Below, piece by piece: positions 9,732 to 19,905 of a stretch of 64,000 bases of DNA (positions are counted from its first letter, which is position 1; every line of letters begins with the position of its first letter). Source of the DNA: Candidatus Chisholmbacteria bacterium (GTDB lineage Bacteria > Patescibacteriota > Microgenomatia > UBA1400 > Chisholmbacteraceae); NCBI GenBank assembly GCA_963704905.1, contig CAVPHZ010000001.1:707438-771437 (forward strand), given 5' to 3'. The notes beneath the pieces were generated by a model. It was given only the letters and a program-made list of their open reading frames with translations, was not told the origin of the DNA and ran no database searches. Both the position numbers and the translations under genes were made by a program.

Positions 9732-10277
9732 GTGCCAGGAAGAACCTGGGAAGGAGAAAATGAAGTGTTTAACAATTTTGAAGTGCAGCTTATCCTGGGA
9801 GCCTTAGCAATTTCTGCGGTTTCCGTCGTCTTTTCAGCAATGTTTGCCAAAACGACTAAGAGTTACTTTTGGCTAAGAGTTGCTACCGGATTTGTTGGAT
9901 CGTGGGCATCGATAATCGGGGTGAGAACGGCAATTGCTTACTTCAATGTCGATTTGCCTGGGTTTTTACAGTATCTTCCGCTGCCGGTGACTTTTTTTGT
10001 GTGGTTCGCGTTTCTGATTCTGGTCGGTGTGGTTTTTGAAGATGAGGATGAGGAAGAAGAGGCTATTGAGTTTGATTCTAACCGGGAATTTGGTTGCAAT
10101 CGTCAATGTTATCTTTCTGCGATGTGCTTCTATGCGGCAACCACGCGGTACATTTCTTATCAACAGCCACAGCCGATGAGCTACGAGACAGTCAATGGAA
10201 CGGTCATTGAGCATTCCGGCATCGAGTCATGGGGACGGCGTTTCACACACGCTTTCAAATTGACGAGTTTAGGATGA
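9732..10277 (+). CDS. Hypothetical membrane protein, 5' end possibly frameshifted
   Basis: Three hydrophobic segments followed by an acidic tract; SD-ATG at about 9752-9762 lies in a different frame. Confidence 0.4.
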   Translation: MPGRTWEGENEVFNNFEVQLILGALAISAVSVVFSAMFAKTTKSYFWLRVATGFVGSWASIIGVRTAIAYFNVDLPGFLQYLPLPVTFFVWFAFLILVGVVFEDEDEEEEAIEFDSNREFGCNRQCYLSAMCFYAATTRYISYQQPQPMSYETVNGTVIEHSGIESWGRRFTHAFKLTSLG

Positions 10278-11095
10278 TTCCATGGCTTGCCTTCCTGCCA
10301 ATTGCCGATATGGATTCGAGCGTGCAGCTTCGGATCGGGTTACCGCAGGATGGAAACGGCAGTGTTCTATTGCAACCGGCTATTGGCGTGTACGTTGAGG
10401 AAGGAGTGGAAAATTACCACAAGTGCTGCTGGTATTGACATCTATGCTGGTACGAGGCTCGAGCTGAAACCGAACAGATTTATGGACTCGGTCAACGAGT
10501 GTGACCCGAGACGTCACCCGGGGTGCAGATGGACAGGTGAATGATTGGGGTTTTGCTGTCGGTTATGCTCCTCAGGAACTTGCTTTTCGTGAAGAGAGTC
10601 GGAGAATCCGGACTGCTAACGTCAGGGCTGGATGGAGCAAGCAGTTGTAACCCGATACAATCCTAGGAACAACACAGTGAACGTGCAGTTTCAGGATGAC
10701 GGAGCAGAGCTCCAAGGCTGGTCAGCTGGATGGTTTACAGCGAATCGCCGAGCTGTTCGGTGTCAATCGAAGTCTGTAGGGCGCGATCTTGCCTTTGTCT
10801 ACATCGAGGCACGGAGTTGAGGGAGCATGAAGCAATTGGAGGAAGTAAGGTAATGGTCTGACCACAAGCTGGTCGGGGTCACAGATGACCTATGATGTCA
10901 GCTTTGAGGTTGGATTCACAGAGATTCGAGTGAAGCTCCAGGACGGTGGGTACTGCGAAGGCGGTATCTACTTCAACGATTCAGGAGGTTACTATCCAGA
11001 ATATCAGCCATAAATACCGAATAATTAAGCCGATCTGTAGCTCGTCTCAAGACGAGTGAGTATCCAGTCACTGACTGGAAATCCAATAAAGGATA

Positions 11096-11461
11096 GTGAG
11101 ATACTATGAACGCGTCAGTAGTTGTACCAATGTTGTTTGGTCTGTTGGGACCATTTATGGGAGCTTGCATTATCGGCTCTCAGGACTTCGAGAAGAGAGT
11201 CCCAGTCCGATAAAGATTGGTATTTGCCTTATACTGGTGCTGGCATCGATTTTGGCGATCCAATTCAGCTACGCACTCGGTGAGGGTCAGATGACCTTCA
11301 TTTATGTGAGTGCGTATCTAACGCCGTTGATCGTGATTGCAACCGCGGTAGTCGAAGGTAAGAAGTTTCGCGACTTTGCCACTGCGGTGGTGATCTTCGG
11401 TTTGATCGTAGCCGCATCAATCCTATTTCTCCCCGGATTCCGATTGTTGGTTTTTGGGTAG
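11096..11461 (+). CDS. Hypothetical small membrane protein, 5' end possibly frameshifted
   Basis: Three TM-like segments in the 3' part. Confidence 0.4.
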   Translation: MRYYERVSSCTNVVWSVGTIYGSLHYRLSGLREESPSPIKIGICLILVLASILAIQFSYALGEGQMTFIYVSAYLTPLIVIATAVVEGKKFRDFATAVVIFGLIVAASILFLPGFRLLVFG

Positions 11462-11529
11462 GAAAAGAGGCCCAGCATGGCTCCGAGGTGGAGAAATCTA
11501 CCAGGGGGTCGGAGCCTCCAGAAAAAAAG

Positions 11530-11715
11530 GATGAAAAAGAAATGAAAATTCAAGATGTGATCAAGACTTTTCCTAGGTTGTTCCTCGGAGTGGCAATTGG
11601 AATTGCGGTTCAAACTGCCTCTAATTGGCCTCAGTCGACAGCGGTAGCTGTGGTTGTTACCTGTTTGCTCGTGGCAGTTACAGTCGGACATTATGTCCAT
11701 TACAACTTAGAGTAA
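11530..11715 (+). CDS. Hypothetical small 2-TM protein
   Basis: MKIQDVIKTFPRLFLGVAIG... with two hydrophobic helices; start position uncertain. Confidence 0.4.
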   Translation, partial: DEKEMKIQDVIKTFPRLFLGVAIGIAVQTASNWPQSTAVAVVVTCLLVAVTVGHYVHYNLE

Positions 11716-12002
11716 GAAAACTCAATAGCCAGCTTTGGGCATACAATACAAGGCAAACTAAAGCTGCGAAAGCAGTGAGATAGAGTGCACAATGCACTCT
11801 CGGGAAGGTTCTCAGCAGCGAGAACGATAGACTTTCCAAAAAGATTTACTAAAAGACGCTGTCTCGTATGGGATGGTGAATGTTCGGAGAATTGGAGGAG
11901 ATGCATTACGCGCATCGGAGTTAGCCTCGGCTATCTTACCCTCCTTTCTTCACAACATTCATTTATCTCTACAGCGTCTTTTTTTTTGGCCAAAATGTGG
12001 TT

Positions 12003-12050
12003 GATACTTTTCTTTGCTTCTCCAAAGAAAGTATCCAAAGAAATGAAACC
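12003..12050. repeat. Intergenic palindrome resembling boxC-like bacterial repeats
   Basis: GATACTTTTCTTTG-CTTCTC-CAAAGAAAGTATC followed by CAAAGAAA. Confidence 0.4.
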
Positions 12051-12652
12051 CCAGTGACAGTTCTGTCAGGAGCATGTTTCGCTCAATTTATACGATCTAA
12101 CTCCTCGGGATAAACCCTCGACGGACAGTCGATCGTTTCTAGTTGTTTTCGCTCAACATTCTCTTGAATAGCTCCTGTCAAAGGGGATTTGATTGAAATA
12201 GTACTTTAATTCTTTAGCACTATAGTGCTTTTATATTTTTGGTTTGTACTATTTTTGATCTATTCTGCATTCTTTATTTAAATATTCTCTGATTTCTTGA
12301 GAAAATGGGGACGGGGTGTGTGCAATATTTTCTTTATCCAGAGATATAGATAATTCCTATTACGTTCTATTTATATGTATATGTGATATTTCAGTGTTCC
12401 AGGCACATGTGACTTTAATCTCATTTGCTGAGAAGGAAAAAACTTGTTATACTACTCACCATTCTATAGAAAGGTTGGTAAAGAAACTGTTTCAATATCT
12501 TCTTCCTACTACAACACTGCACTTGTCAGCTGTAAAGGATTCATCTCTCCATCGAAGTAGTCTTCAAATACTCCTTCGTCGAGATTTGTCCTTTTCGCAT
12601 GAAACTTCAGTGTTTCGTAACGAAACAAGATCTTGAACCCGTTTCACGATTT

Positions 12653-14068
12653 ATGCCAAAAAAGGCTACACGCAAAACAGCTCCTAAAAAGGTTTCGAAA
12701 AAACCTGCAAAGAAAAAAGTCACCAAAAAGACTTCGGCAAAGAAGAAATCGACACCACGAAAGTCCGTGGTGAAGAAAGTCCGTTCGACAGCTTCAAAAC
12801 GTTCGACACGCTATAAAACCTCAGTGCAGAAAGCTTCAGTGAAGGCAAGCTCAAAGAAAGAGCCTGATACCGCTGTTCCTGATGTTCCTGAGGAGAAAGT
12901 GACCAAGAGAATAGAAACTTCTAAAGGGGTCGAGCTTCGTGAAGCAGTTGCACTGGGCAAAAAGGGTAAAGAACCAAGCACCATGGAAGAGCTACTCAAT
13001 AAGACCGGTTACAAGCTCTGGGGTGTGAAGCGGGGAGAGTTGGTTGAAGGTCAGATCACTGATATTTCCAAACGGATGGCACTGATTGATATTGGGGCTA
13101 AGACTGAAGGATTGGTGGTCGATAAGGAATATGAGGCGGCGAAAGAGTTTATTCAAGAACTGGCGGTTGGAGATACCATCACCGTTTATGTATTGAGCCC
13201 GGAAAATGACCGGGGACAGATTCTCCTTTCACTCAAGAAAGCAGCAACCGATCGTACTTGGGATAAGTTCCATGAAGCACTCAAGACTAGCGAGATTGTT
13301 ACCGTGCGCGGCCTTGATGTGAATCGTGGCGGTGTGATTGTACGAGCGGATAGCTTACAAGGTTTTGTACCTTCTAGCCAATTTGGAAAGCAGTGGCTGG
13401 GGAAGATGGACGAGCTTGTGGAGCGGACGTTTCAAGTAAGGGTGATTGAAGTTGACAGAGAGAAGAACCGGCTTATCTTTTCCGAGAAACAGGTATCAGA
13501 AGCTGATGAGATCAAACAGCGGTCTGAAGCGCTGAAGAAGATCAAGGTGAACGAAGAGTATGCAGGCGTAGTTTCAGGGATCATGCCGTTTGGAGTGTTT
13601 GTTAGTGTGGATGTGCCCTTTTCTAAAGATGAAAAGTCAGCCAAAGTGGTTGGCAAAGTCGAAGGGTTGGTCCATATCAGCGAGATAAGTTGGGAGAAGG
13701 TTGATGATCCAAATAAGCACTTTCGGGTTGGGGAGAAGCTCAATGTACGAATCTTGGGTATTGATCAAAAATCAGGGAAATTAAATCTTTCAGTGAAGCG
13801 GCTTTCTGACGACCCATGGTCAAAACTTGAGAAGAAGTATCCTCCCGGAAAGAAAGTGAAGGGCAGTGTGTCACGCGTGGCTCCATTTGGTGCGTTTGTT
13901 ACACTAGAACCTGGGGTTGAGGGACTGCTCCATATTTCAAAAATTCCGGCTGGTGAAGAACCGGAGGTTGACTCGAAGATAGAGGTGTATGTTGAGCAGG
14001 TTGACCTTGATAATCGAAGGATGAGCTTGGGAATGGTATTGACAGAGGTTCCGGTTGCATACAAGTAA
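12653..14068 (+). CDS. rpsA: 30S ribosomal protein S1-like protein (four S1 domains) with Lys-rich N-terminal extension
   Basis: IDIGAKTEG, QGFVPSSQ, EGLVHISEISW and EGLLHISKI S1 motifs. Confidence 0.85.
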   Translation: MPKKATRKTAPKKVSKKPAKKKVTKKTSAKKKSTPRKSVVKKVRSTASKRSTRYKTSVQKASVKASSKKEPDTAVPDVPEEKVTKRIETSKGVELREAVALGKKGKEPSTMEELLNKTGYKLWGVKRGELVEGQITDISKRMALIDIGAKTEGLVVDKEYEAAKEFIQELAVGDTITVYVLSPENDRGQILLSLKKAATDRTWDKFHEALKTSEIVTVRGLDVNRGGVIVRADSLQGFVPSSQFGKQWLGKMDELVERTFQVRVIEVDREKNRLIFSEKQVSEADEIKQRSEALKKIKVNEEYAGVVSGIMPFGVFVSVDVPFSKDEKSAKVVGKVEGLVHISEISWEKVDDPNKHFRVGEKLNVRILGIDQKSGKLNLSVKRLSDDPWSKLEKKYPPGKKVKGSVSRVAPFGAFVTLEPGVEGLLHISKIPAGEEPEVDSKIEVYVEQVDLDNRRMSLGMVLTEVPVAYK

Positions 14069-14121
14069 ACATCGATTACAGATTGCAGAATAGAGAAGTT
14101 ATATTATAAAAGGAGACACGT

Positions 14122-14280
14122 ATGGGAAAAAAACGGTTTGTCGTGTATGATGATCAAATATTGATTGACATGGATTTGCTGTTTCATGCAATCCGAGAGG
14201 CAAACGGAGATTGGAAATCCGTGGAAAAAGAACTGCGGGAATTTATCGAATCGATGCAGTCAATGGGAGGGGAAGAATAG
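14122..14280 (+). CDS. 52-aa hypothetical protein (MGKKRFVVYDDQ...)
   Basis: SD AAAGGAGA upstream; below the ORF-track cutoff. Confidence 0.5.
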   Translation: MGKKRFVVYDDQILIDMDLLFHAIREANGDWKSVEKELREFIESMQSMGGEE

Positions 14281-14444
14281 GAAAGAATAGGAAATTGAGA
14301 TTCCGCAACCTAAATTTACTTGGCTTCAAAGGATTCGAATTGAAAATATCCTCCCAAATGACAAGCTCACCAGGCAATAGCCTGGTTCTAGAATCCAGCG
14401 GAAATTTGTCGCGTAATCTCTTTTATTTGAAGAAGGAAAAAAAT

Positions 14445-15317
14445 ATGGCGTTTGATGCGCAGGCAGTAGCTCAAAAACTCAGAGATTTTAAGGTTAAGAA
14501 TGTCCGTCTTGACGAGGCGTTTGATTTCAAAACGAAACGAATCAAGGCGCTTGACGTGATGACTCCAGTTGCTGGGAAGCAATTATTTTTGGCCTGCACT
14601 GATGAGCGGCCGATTGAAAAGATCATCAGTCCAAATAATAATGAGGAGATTGATCCGGCTCAATATGTATTGGTTCACGCAGCCGGGGCTGCGTTTGGAT
14701 TGGTTGATGCCATACGGAATGTACGGGTTACCATCCAGCGGCAGGAGATTTTAAATGCGCTGATTGAAAATGAAGTGATTATTGCCAATCATACGGACAC
14801 TCATGCTCCACTTGGTACTCTCACTGGTTGTGGATATGGCGCATTGCGATCCCTTACGGAAAGCGGAAGTATCTTTGATCGGCCTCCAGTTGAATTGCAC
14901 GATCGCTGTGCTTCGTTTGAAGAGATGGGAGCTTGGAGAGTGGTGCTTTCCGGTGACCATACAGCCGAAGGGTTAGTTGTGAATCCATATAAAGATAAGG
15001 CACTTGATCCGAATGCACCGGAAGCGACGAATTCTTTTTTCTCATTAGACTTAGGTATTTATAAAGGGATCTTGCACTGGATTGAAGGAGCGCTTGGATT
15101 CGGTGAAGAGGCAATGCGGACCATGCTGGTAAAAATGGCACGTGATACGCTGGCAGCGGTGTTTATTCTCTCCAATGCTGAGATTGTTGAAGCGATCTAC
15201 GTTGAGCATGCAGATGAGCAAGATCAATTTTATGCAGGTGTTTTGCATGAAGGATTGGGAGAACTGAAGGAACGAGAAGGGGCAGTTATGCATGTGCTTG
15301 AGCAGAGGATGAAGTAG
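14445..15317 (+). CDS. Carbonic-anhydrase-like protein (cadmium/zeta-CA repeat-like)
   Basis: ACTDER, HAAGAAFG and NHTDTH...TGCGYG supply a Cys/His/Cys ligand pattern; start set at MAFDAQ after AAGGA. Confidence 0.55.
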   Translation: MAFDAQAVAQKLRDFKVKNVRLDEAFDFKTKRIKALDVMTPVAGKQLFLACTDERPIEKIISPNNNEEIDPAQYVLVHAAGAAFGLVDAIRNVRVTIQRQEILNALIENEVIIANHTDTHAPLGTLTGCGYGALRSLTESGSIFDRPPVELHDRCASFEEMGAWRVVLSGDHTAEGLVVNPYKDKALDPNAPEATNSFFSLDLGIYKGILHWIEGALGFGEEAMRTMLVKMARDTLAAVFILSNAEIVEAIYVEHADEQDQFYAGVLHEGLGELKEREGAVMHVLEQRMK

Positions 15318-15395
15318 ACTGCTTATTGATATTAGGCAGCTTTTTTGGTATATTTGACATCACTCTCCAGAGGGAGAGTTTTTTATTTGCTTATT

Positions 15396-16916
15396 ATGTC
15401 ACCAGAACATCCAGATTTACTTGGCAATCCAAATAAACTTGAAGCTGAGGTTTTCGCTGCCCAAACTCAATGGTTACGAGAGATGTACAGCGGAAGACCA
15501 CGGCAAAAAATTGAACGAGGACTCGATGTTGCTGAAACAATCGTGTTTGATGAGTCCTATCGAGTTGCCGCATATCTCGAGTCTGATCAGTATAAAAAAC
15601 AAAGAAAGAGACTTGAACAATTCCTAGCTGAGAATGTCCGGGTTGCGGAGATTATCTGTATTGATGGGAGACTTGTTCCGTGGACGAGAATGTTGGCACG
15701 AGTGACCAGTGCATTTTCAACACCAGCAGGGATATTGGATGGAAAACAAAAATATGATGGAGAAGTGCTTCCAGGTAGCGAGACACTTAACCGAAGCATT
15801 CGAAATTCTACAAATGCTGGTGATCATGTTATAGAGTTTGCTGGTGTCCATACTTCACTGCACCATAACCGCGATGTCGAGCACCCTAAAGGTTGTGGAA
15901 AGCTCAATGCTGACTTGCGGAGCGGTCCACTTGAAATTCATCCGTCACAATTCCGAGATGGGGCTGTTGCCTTTGATCTTGCTAGAGGTGAGCGGATTAG
16001 TACCTATGACATGCTCGATAATGCAGGAGCAATTGTTATTCCTCGAATTATTGATACCGATTCACAGGGCCTGATTTATATTGGTGATTCTGTGATGGAC
16101 GATATTACTGAGCCAGGAATTAATTATTACGAAACCGAGAGTGTTAGTTTGGGCGGTATTGTGGTTCGTCATAATCAAAGACGTGTGTTTTCAACAAAAC
16201 TTATTCTAACCAATGAACCTGAACTTCCTGATTATTTAAGACAATCAGAGTACAAGTCAGGGAGTGTTAAACTAGATTTTGTTGAAGACCTTCCAAAAAC
16301 GATTGAGCGGATCGTAGATCTCACTGAACATCTGATGCAAACTGAATTTACTGAAGACTGGACTGATAGATTCCGATCAATGTACGATGAGAGAAATTTA
16401 CCCGAGGAGGTCATTCAAGCACTTGTAGTTTATGCTGCTTACAATGTTTCAACTCTATGGTTGTCTGGTTATCATGATGATGAAAAAGTCCCTCATCGCT
16501 TCTCAAATCACGGAGAGCGGTTTGCCGCTGCTGGGGATAAGACACCTGCAGATTTTTGGATTGAGCACTCGCCATTTATCGTTTCTGGTTCGGAAACAGA
16601 GGAGGTTGTAGAAGAGAATCTTGATGTAGCCTTTTCACTCTTGCCAGGTATTTTAGAAAAAACACACGGCGTGGACTTGGATGAAGAAGCAATGCTGCTT
16701 ATTGTAGCAGGCTCGTTAGATCCTGATTCTGATCCTGAAACCCAGAGGAGAGCTGAGGTTTCTTTAGCTGAGCGTTATTTTCAAAAAGTGCAGCATTTGG
16801 AAAAGACTGGACGGTTACGCTCGGGTGAAATCGTTGCATTGCCAGTACTCGTTCATCAAAAAACTAGAAAGCCGATTCGCATTCCAGATTTTTCTGATCA
16901 CTATGCAGCTCGGTAA
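15396..16916 (+). CDS. Divergent beta-carbonic-anhydrase-like protein (CsoSCA-like architecture)
   Basis: IICIDGRL, FSTPAG, GVHTS...HPKGCG and later HGERF motifs; about 506 aa. Confidence 0.5.
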   Translation: MSPEHPDLLGNPNKLEAEVFAAQTQWLREMYSGRPRQKIERGLDVAETIVFDESYRVAAYLESDQYKKQRKRLEQFLAENVRVAEIICIDGRLVPWTRMLARVTSAFSTPAGILDGKQKYDGEVLPGSETLNRSIRNSTNAGDHVIEFAGVHTSLHHNRDVEHPKGCGKLNADLRSGPLEIHPSQFRDGAVAFDLARGERISTYDMLDNAGAIVIPRIIDTDSQGLIYIGDSVMDDITEPGINYYETESVSLGGIVVRHNQRRVFSTKLILTNEPELPDYLRQSEYKSGSVKLDFVEDLPKTIERIVDLTEHLMQTEFTEDWTDRFRSMYDERNLPEEVIQALVVYAAYNVSTLWLSGYHDDEKVPHRFSNHGERFAAAGDKTPADFWIEHSPFIVSGSETEEVVEENLDVAFSLLPGILEKTHGVDLDEEAMLLIVAGSLDPDSDPETQRRAEVSLAERYFQKVQHLEKTGRLRSGEIVALPVLVHQKTRKPIRIPDFSDHYAAR

Positions 16917-17028
16917 CTTTTCAGATCCTACATCATCATTGATTCCAGCGATACTTTAGATACATAACCTCAAGTGAGTGTGAAATTTTGGTTGATAATT
17001 CGACAGGAGGGCTATACTACGGACTGTT

Positions 17029-17709
17029 ATGAGTCTGGCAGAGTTTGTCGGTAAGCAGAAATCGAATGGTCCAGAGTTACCAAGGGCTCTAGTTGTGTTT
17101 GGAACTGGGCCTCACAACGATTATTCAGATTGGCTTGGCAGACCATTCGAAGGTTTCTGGAAAAAGGAAGTAGAAGAACGTCAGTCGATTGCTTCTGATG
17201 TACTATCCAAGTTTCCGCATGCTGCATTGATTGCCGTTGGTGGAGAAACATGGGTAGACAGTTCGTTAGGTGTCGTGAGTGAAGCAGGGTACATGATTCA
17301 TGGACTGACACAAGACGGTTCAGTGCTTGAAGAGACAGATCTATTTCTCGCTGAGAGCGGTGTTGAGACTGTCGAACAGGTTGATGAAATTCTAGAAATT
17401 CTTCGTCGAGAAAACCTTACTCATGGAGCTATCGGTGTGGTTACCTCTTGGCATCAGATGCTACGGACTGCTGTTTTGTTTAAAACCTGGGAAGGGATTC
17501 AGATTGAGCCTCATGTTGCCGGTGAAATTCAGTTCAATCGCAGAGTCATTGAAGAAGGCATCAACGGTTTTGGTGGTTTAAGCTATACAGTATTGATGTT
17601 GGGTCTGCAAAACTTCGGACTATGGGAAGATGGTGGTCCATATCTTTTGAGCTGTCGTTCAAGAAGACGTGCGAACAATCAGCGGATTCGAGACAGTTTC
17701 CAATGGTGA
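17029..17709 (+). CDS. YdcF/DUF218 (ElyC/SanA-like) family protein
   Basis: VVFGTG, GG...SEAGYM, ESGVET and VVTSWHQMLR motifs. Confidence 0.7.
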   Translation: MSLAEFVGKQKSNGPELPRALVVFGTGPHNDYSDWLGRPFEGFWKKEVEERQSIASDVLSKFPHAALIAVGGETWVDSSLGVVSEAGYMIHGLTQDGSVLEETDLFLAESGVETVEQVDEILEILRRENLTHGAIGVVTSWHQMLRTAVLFKTWEGIQIEPHVAGEIQFNRRVIEEGINGFGGLSYTVLMLGLQNFGLWEDGGPYLLSCRSRRRANNQRIRDSFQW

Positions 17710-17747
17710 ACTTTTCTAGGATTTAGCGTGGTATACTGCTAGCCGTT

Positions 17748-19082
17748 ATGGCTAAGCAGTCTTCTCTCTACGTTTGTCAGCAGTGCGGAGTGAGTTTTCC
17801 AAAGTGGTCGGGACAGTGCGATAATTGCGGTGAGTGGAATAGCCTGGTTGAGACTGCGGTTTCAACGGGTACGAAGAAAAGCGGATTACGAAGCAAAGCA
17901 GCAGCAATGACGCCTGTAAAGCTTTCGGAAGTTGTGGGGGCTGATCATTCCAGAATCAAAATTGGTATCAGTGAGTTTGATCGAGTGCTAGGCGGCGGTA
18001 TTGTTCCCGGGAGTGTGGTATTAATTGCCGGAGAACCCGGTATCGGAAAATCAACTTTACTAACCCAACTCGCCATTCGAATTGCCCGAAATAATCTGAC
18101 TGTACTGTATGTTTCTGGTGAAGAAAGCCCAAGTCAAATCAAACTGCGGGTGGATCGGTTGCAACAATCAACATCTCACAAACAAGAAGTCGCTCTGTCA
18201 TTTCTTCCTGATACCAATGTCGATGCGATAAACGCTACGATTGAAAAGACGCGACCTGGACTGGTGATTATAGACAGTATCCAGACATTGCGTACAGATG
18301 ACCTGCGATCATCAACCGGTAGCGTGTCGCAAACCAGAGAGTGTACCTCGCGACTCATAGAGGTGGCAAAGAAATTATCCCTTCCGATCTTTTTAGTCGG
18401 ACATGTAACCAAAGAAGGTGCAATTGCCGGACCCAAAGTACTGGAGCATATGGTGGATGCTGTTTTAGAGCTGTCCGGCGATCGTCAACACGAGTACCGT
18501 TTGTTGCGAAGCAGTAAAAACCGATTTGGTGCGAATGATGAAGTGGGGATTTTTTCCATGGATGATACCGGGATGGTTGAGGTCTCTAACCCATCCGACC
18601 GTTTTTTGGAAGAACGGCAAAAAGGTGTTCCCGGCAGTGTAATAGTTTCTGTATTAGAAGGTACACGACCGATGTTGGTAGAAATCCAGTCACTGGTGGT
18701 TTCCAGCAGCTTGGCAGTTCCTCGCCGCGTTGCCAGCGGTGTGGATCAACGACGGGTACAGCTACTGACGGCTGTGCTAACCAAACGGTGCAGTTTGCGT
18801 TTATCTGACAAAGACGTGTATGTGAATGTTGCTGGCGGACTTTCGATCCGTGAGCCGGCTATTGACTTTGGCATTGCAATGGCCATTGCATCCAGTGCTT
18901 TAGATACGCCGTTACCAGTGGGTTCGGTTGTCATAGGAGAAGTTGGGCTACTGGGTGAAGTACGTAATGTATCACGCCTGAAAAAACGCATTGCAGAGGC
19001 AAAAATACAAGGATTCAAGAAATTAGTTTCACCTGAGGGATTTCCGACGCTAACGAAGGCTATCCGTATCTTGCTCAAATAA
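17748..19082 (+). CDS. radA: DNA repair protein RadA/Sms
   Basis: CxxC-CxxC zinc finger, GEPGIGKSTL Walker A, KNRFG motif, Lon-like C-terminus. Confidence 0.97.
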   Translation: MAKQSSLYVCQQCGVSFPKWSGQCDNCGEWNSLVETAVSTGTKKSGLRSKAAAMTPVKLSEVVGADHSRIKIGISEFDRVLGGGIVPGSVVLIAGEPGIGKSTLLTQLAIRIARNNLTVLYVSGEESPSQIKLRVDRLQQSTSHKQEVALSFLPDTNVDAINATIEKTRPGLVIIDSIQTLRTDDLRSSTGSVSQTRECTSRLIEVAKKLSLPIFLVGHVTKEGAIAGPKVLEHMVDAVLELSGDRQHEYRLLRSSKNRFGANDEVGIFSMDDTGMVEVSNPSDRFLEERQKGVPGSVIVSVLEGTRPMLVEIQSLVVSSSLAVPRRVASGVDQRRVQLLTAVLTKRCSLRLSDKDVYVNVAGGLSIREPAIDFGIAMAIASSALDTPLPVGSVVIGEVGLLGEVRNVSRLKKRIAEAKIQGFKKLVSPEGFPTLTKAIRILLK

Positions 19083-19340
19083 CTCTTCAGTAAGCAGTTC
19101 ACGCTCTGGTAATTGCTCAAATTTTTCCTAATAGATATTACGTTGACATGATCTCTGTCAACATGTTCCGTTAGTTTTCCTTTGTTTTCCACACGAGCAC
19201 ATATGTTATCCACAATCGTTCTAAAGTTCAATTCGTGTTGAGAATATAGTTCAATAGTAATTGCTACAGGTCTTGTATTTTTCACGGAATATTTCTTTAT
19301 AGGATTGACAGTAGTTGACAATTATGCTAATCTTTGGTCA

Positions 19341-19499
19341 ATGAAGAAAGCAACCCGCGCATTTTCTAAGATGTTGCGTTTAATGCAACGAAAGAGGGAT
19401 CGAGTGAATCGTAGAAATAGGAGCAATGTTGAATTTAGTGCACATCAGCTTTCACACATTGCACGTATGCATCAAAAGTTAGTGGTAATGGGGAGGTAA
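19341..19499 (+). CDS. 52-aa basic hypothetical peptide
   Basis: MKKATRAFSK... Arg/Lys-rich; TTGACA elements and a -10-like GCTAAT just upstream. Confidence 0.35.
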   Translation: MKKATRAFSKMLRLMQRKRDRVNRRNRSNVEFSAHQLSHIARMHQKLVVMGR

Positions 19500-19519
19500 T
19501 TTAACAGATGGTCTTTTTC

Positions 19520-19905
19520 TTTGTCACGTTACGCTTGGGCAGGCCGTGACGTGACGAAAAAGAAGAGCATTACTACCGCAGCACGGAGGCTCGAATAGCA
19601 ATGCTCTTTCTTTGAGTAACAGCTCGCGTCCGGACAGGTAACGCGAACAGTTGAATTTGACATTAGCATGGTGGTAAACACCTTGTCAACCTTTCGCATT
19701 TTGTTTGTGCGATTCCAGAGGTGAGTGTTTCCTGAGGAAACACGTCTTTTGTACACAAAGAGTACTCAAGCAAAAAAGAACATATACCTCTGAAGATGAA
19801 GATATTTAGCGATGAAAGTGCGAATGTTGCTTACACATTGAATAGTTCGGCATTTCCAGTGGTGGGTGATGTGTAGGGCAGGCGCATCACCCGCCTCTTG
19901 AGCTG
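19520..19905 (+). ncRNA. Candidate structured RNA upstream of rho
   Basis: Several 7-14 bp stems with G-U pairs; two hairpins share the motif GGGCAGGC at their loops. Confidence 0.4.

Noticed and set aside
19083-19340. Replication origin
   Set aside because: Only one perfect and one near DnaA box, and no dnaA or dnaN in the window.
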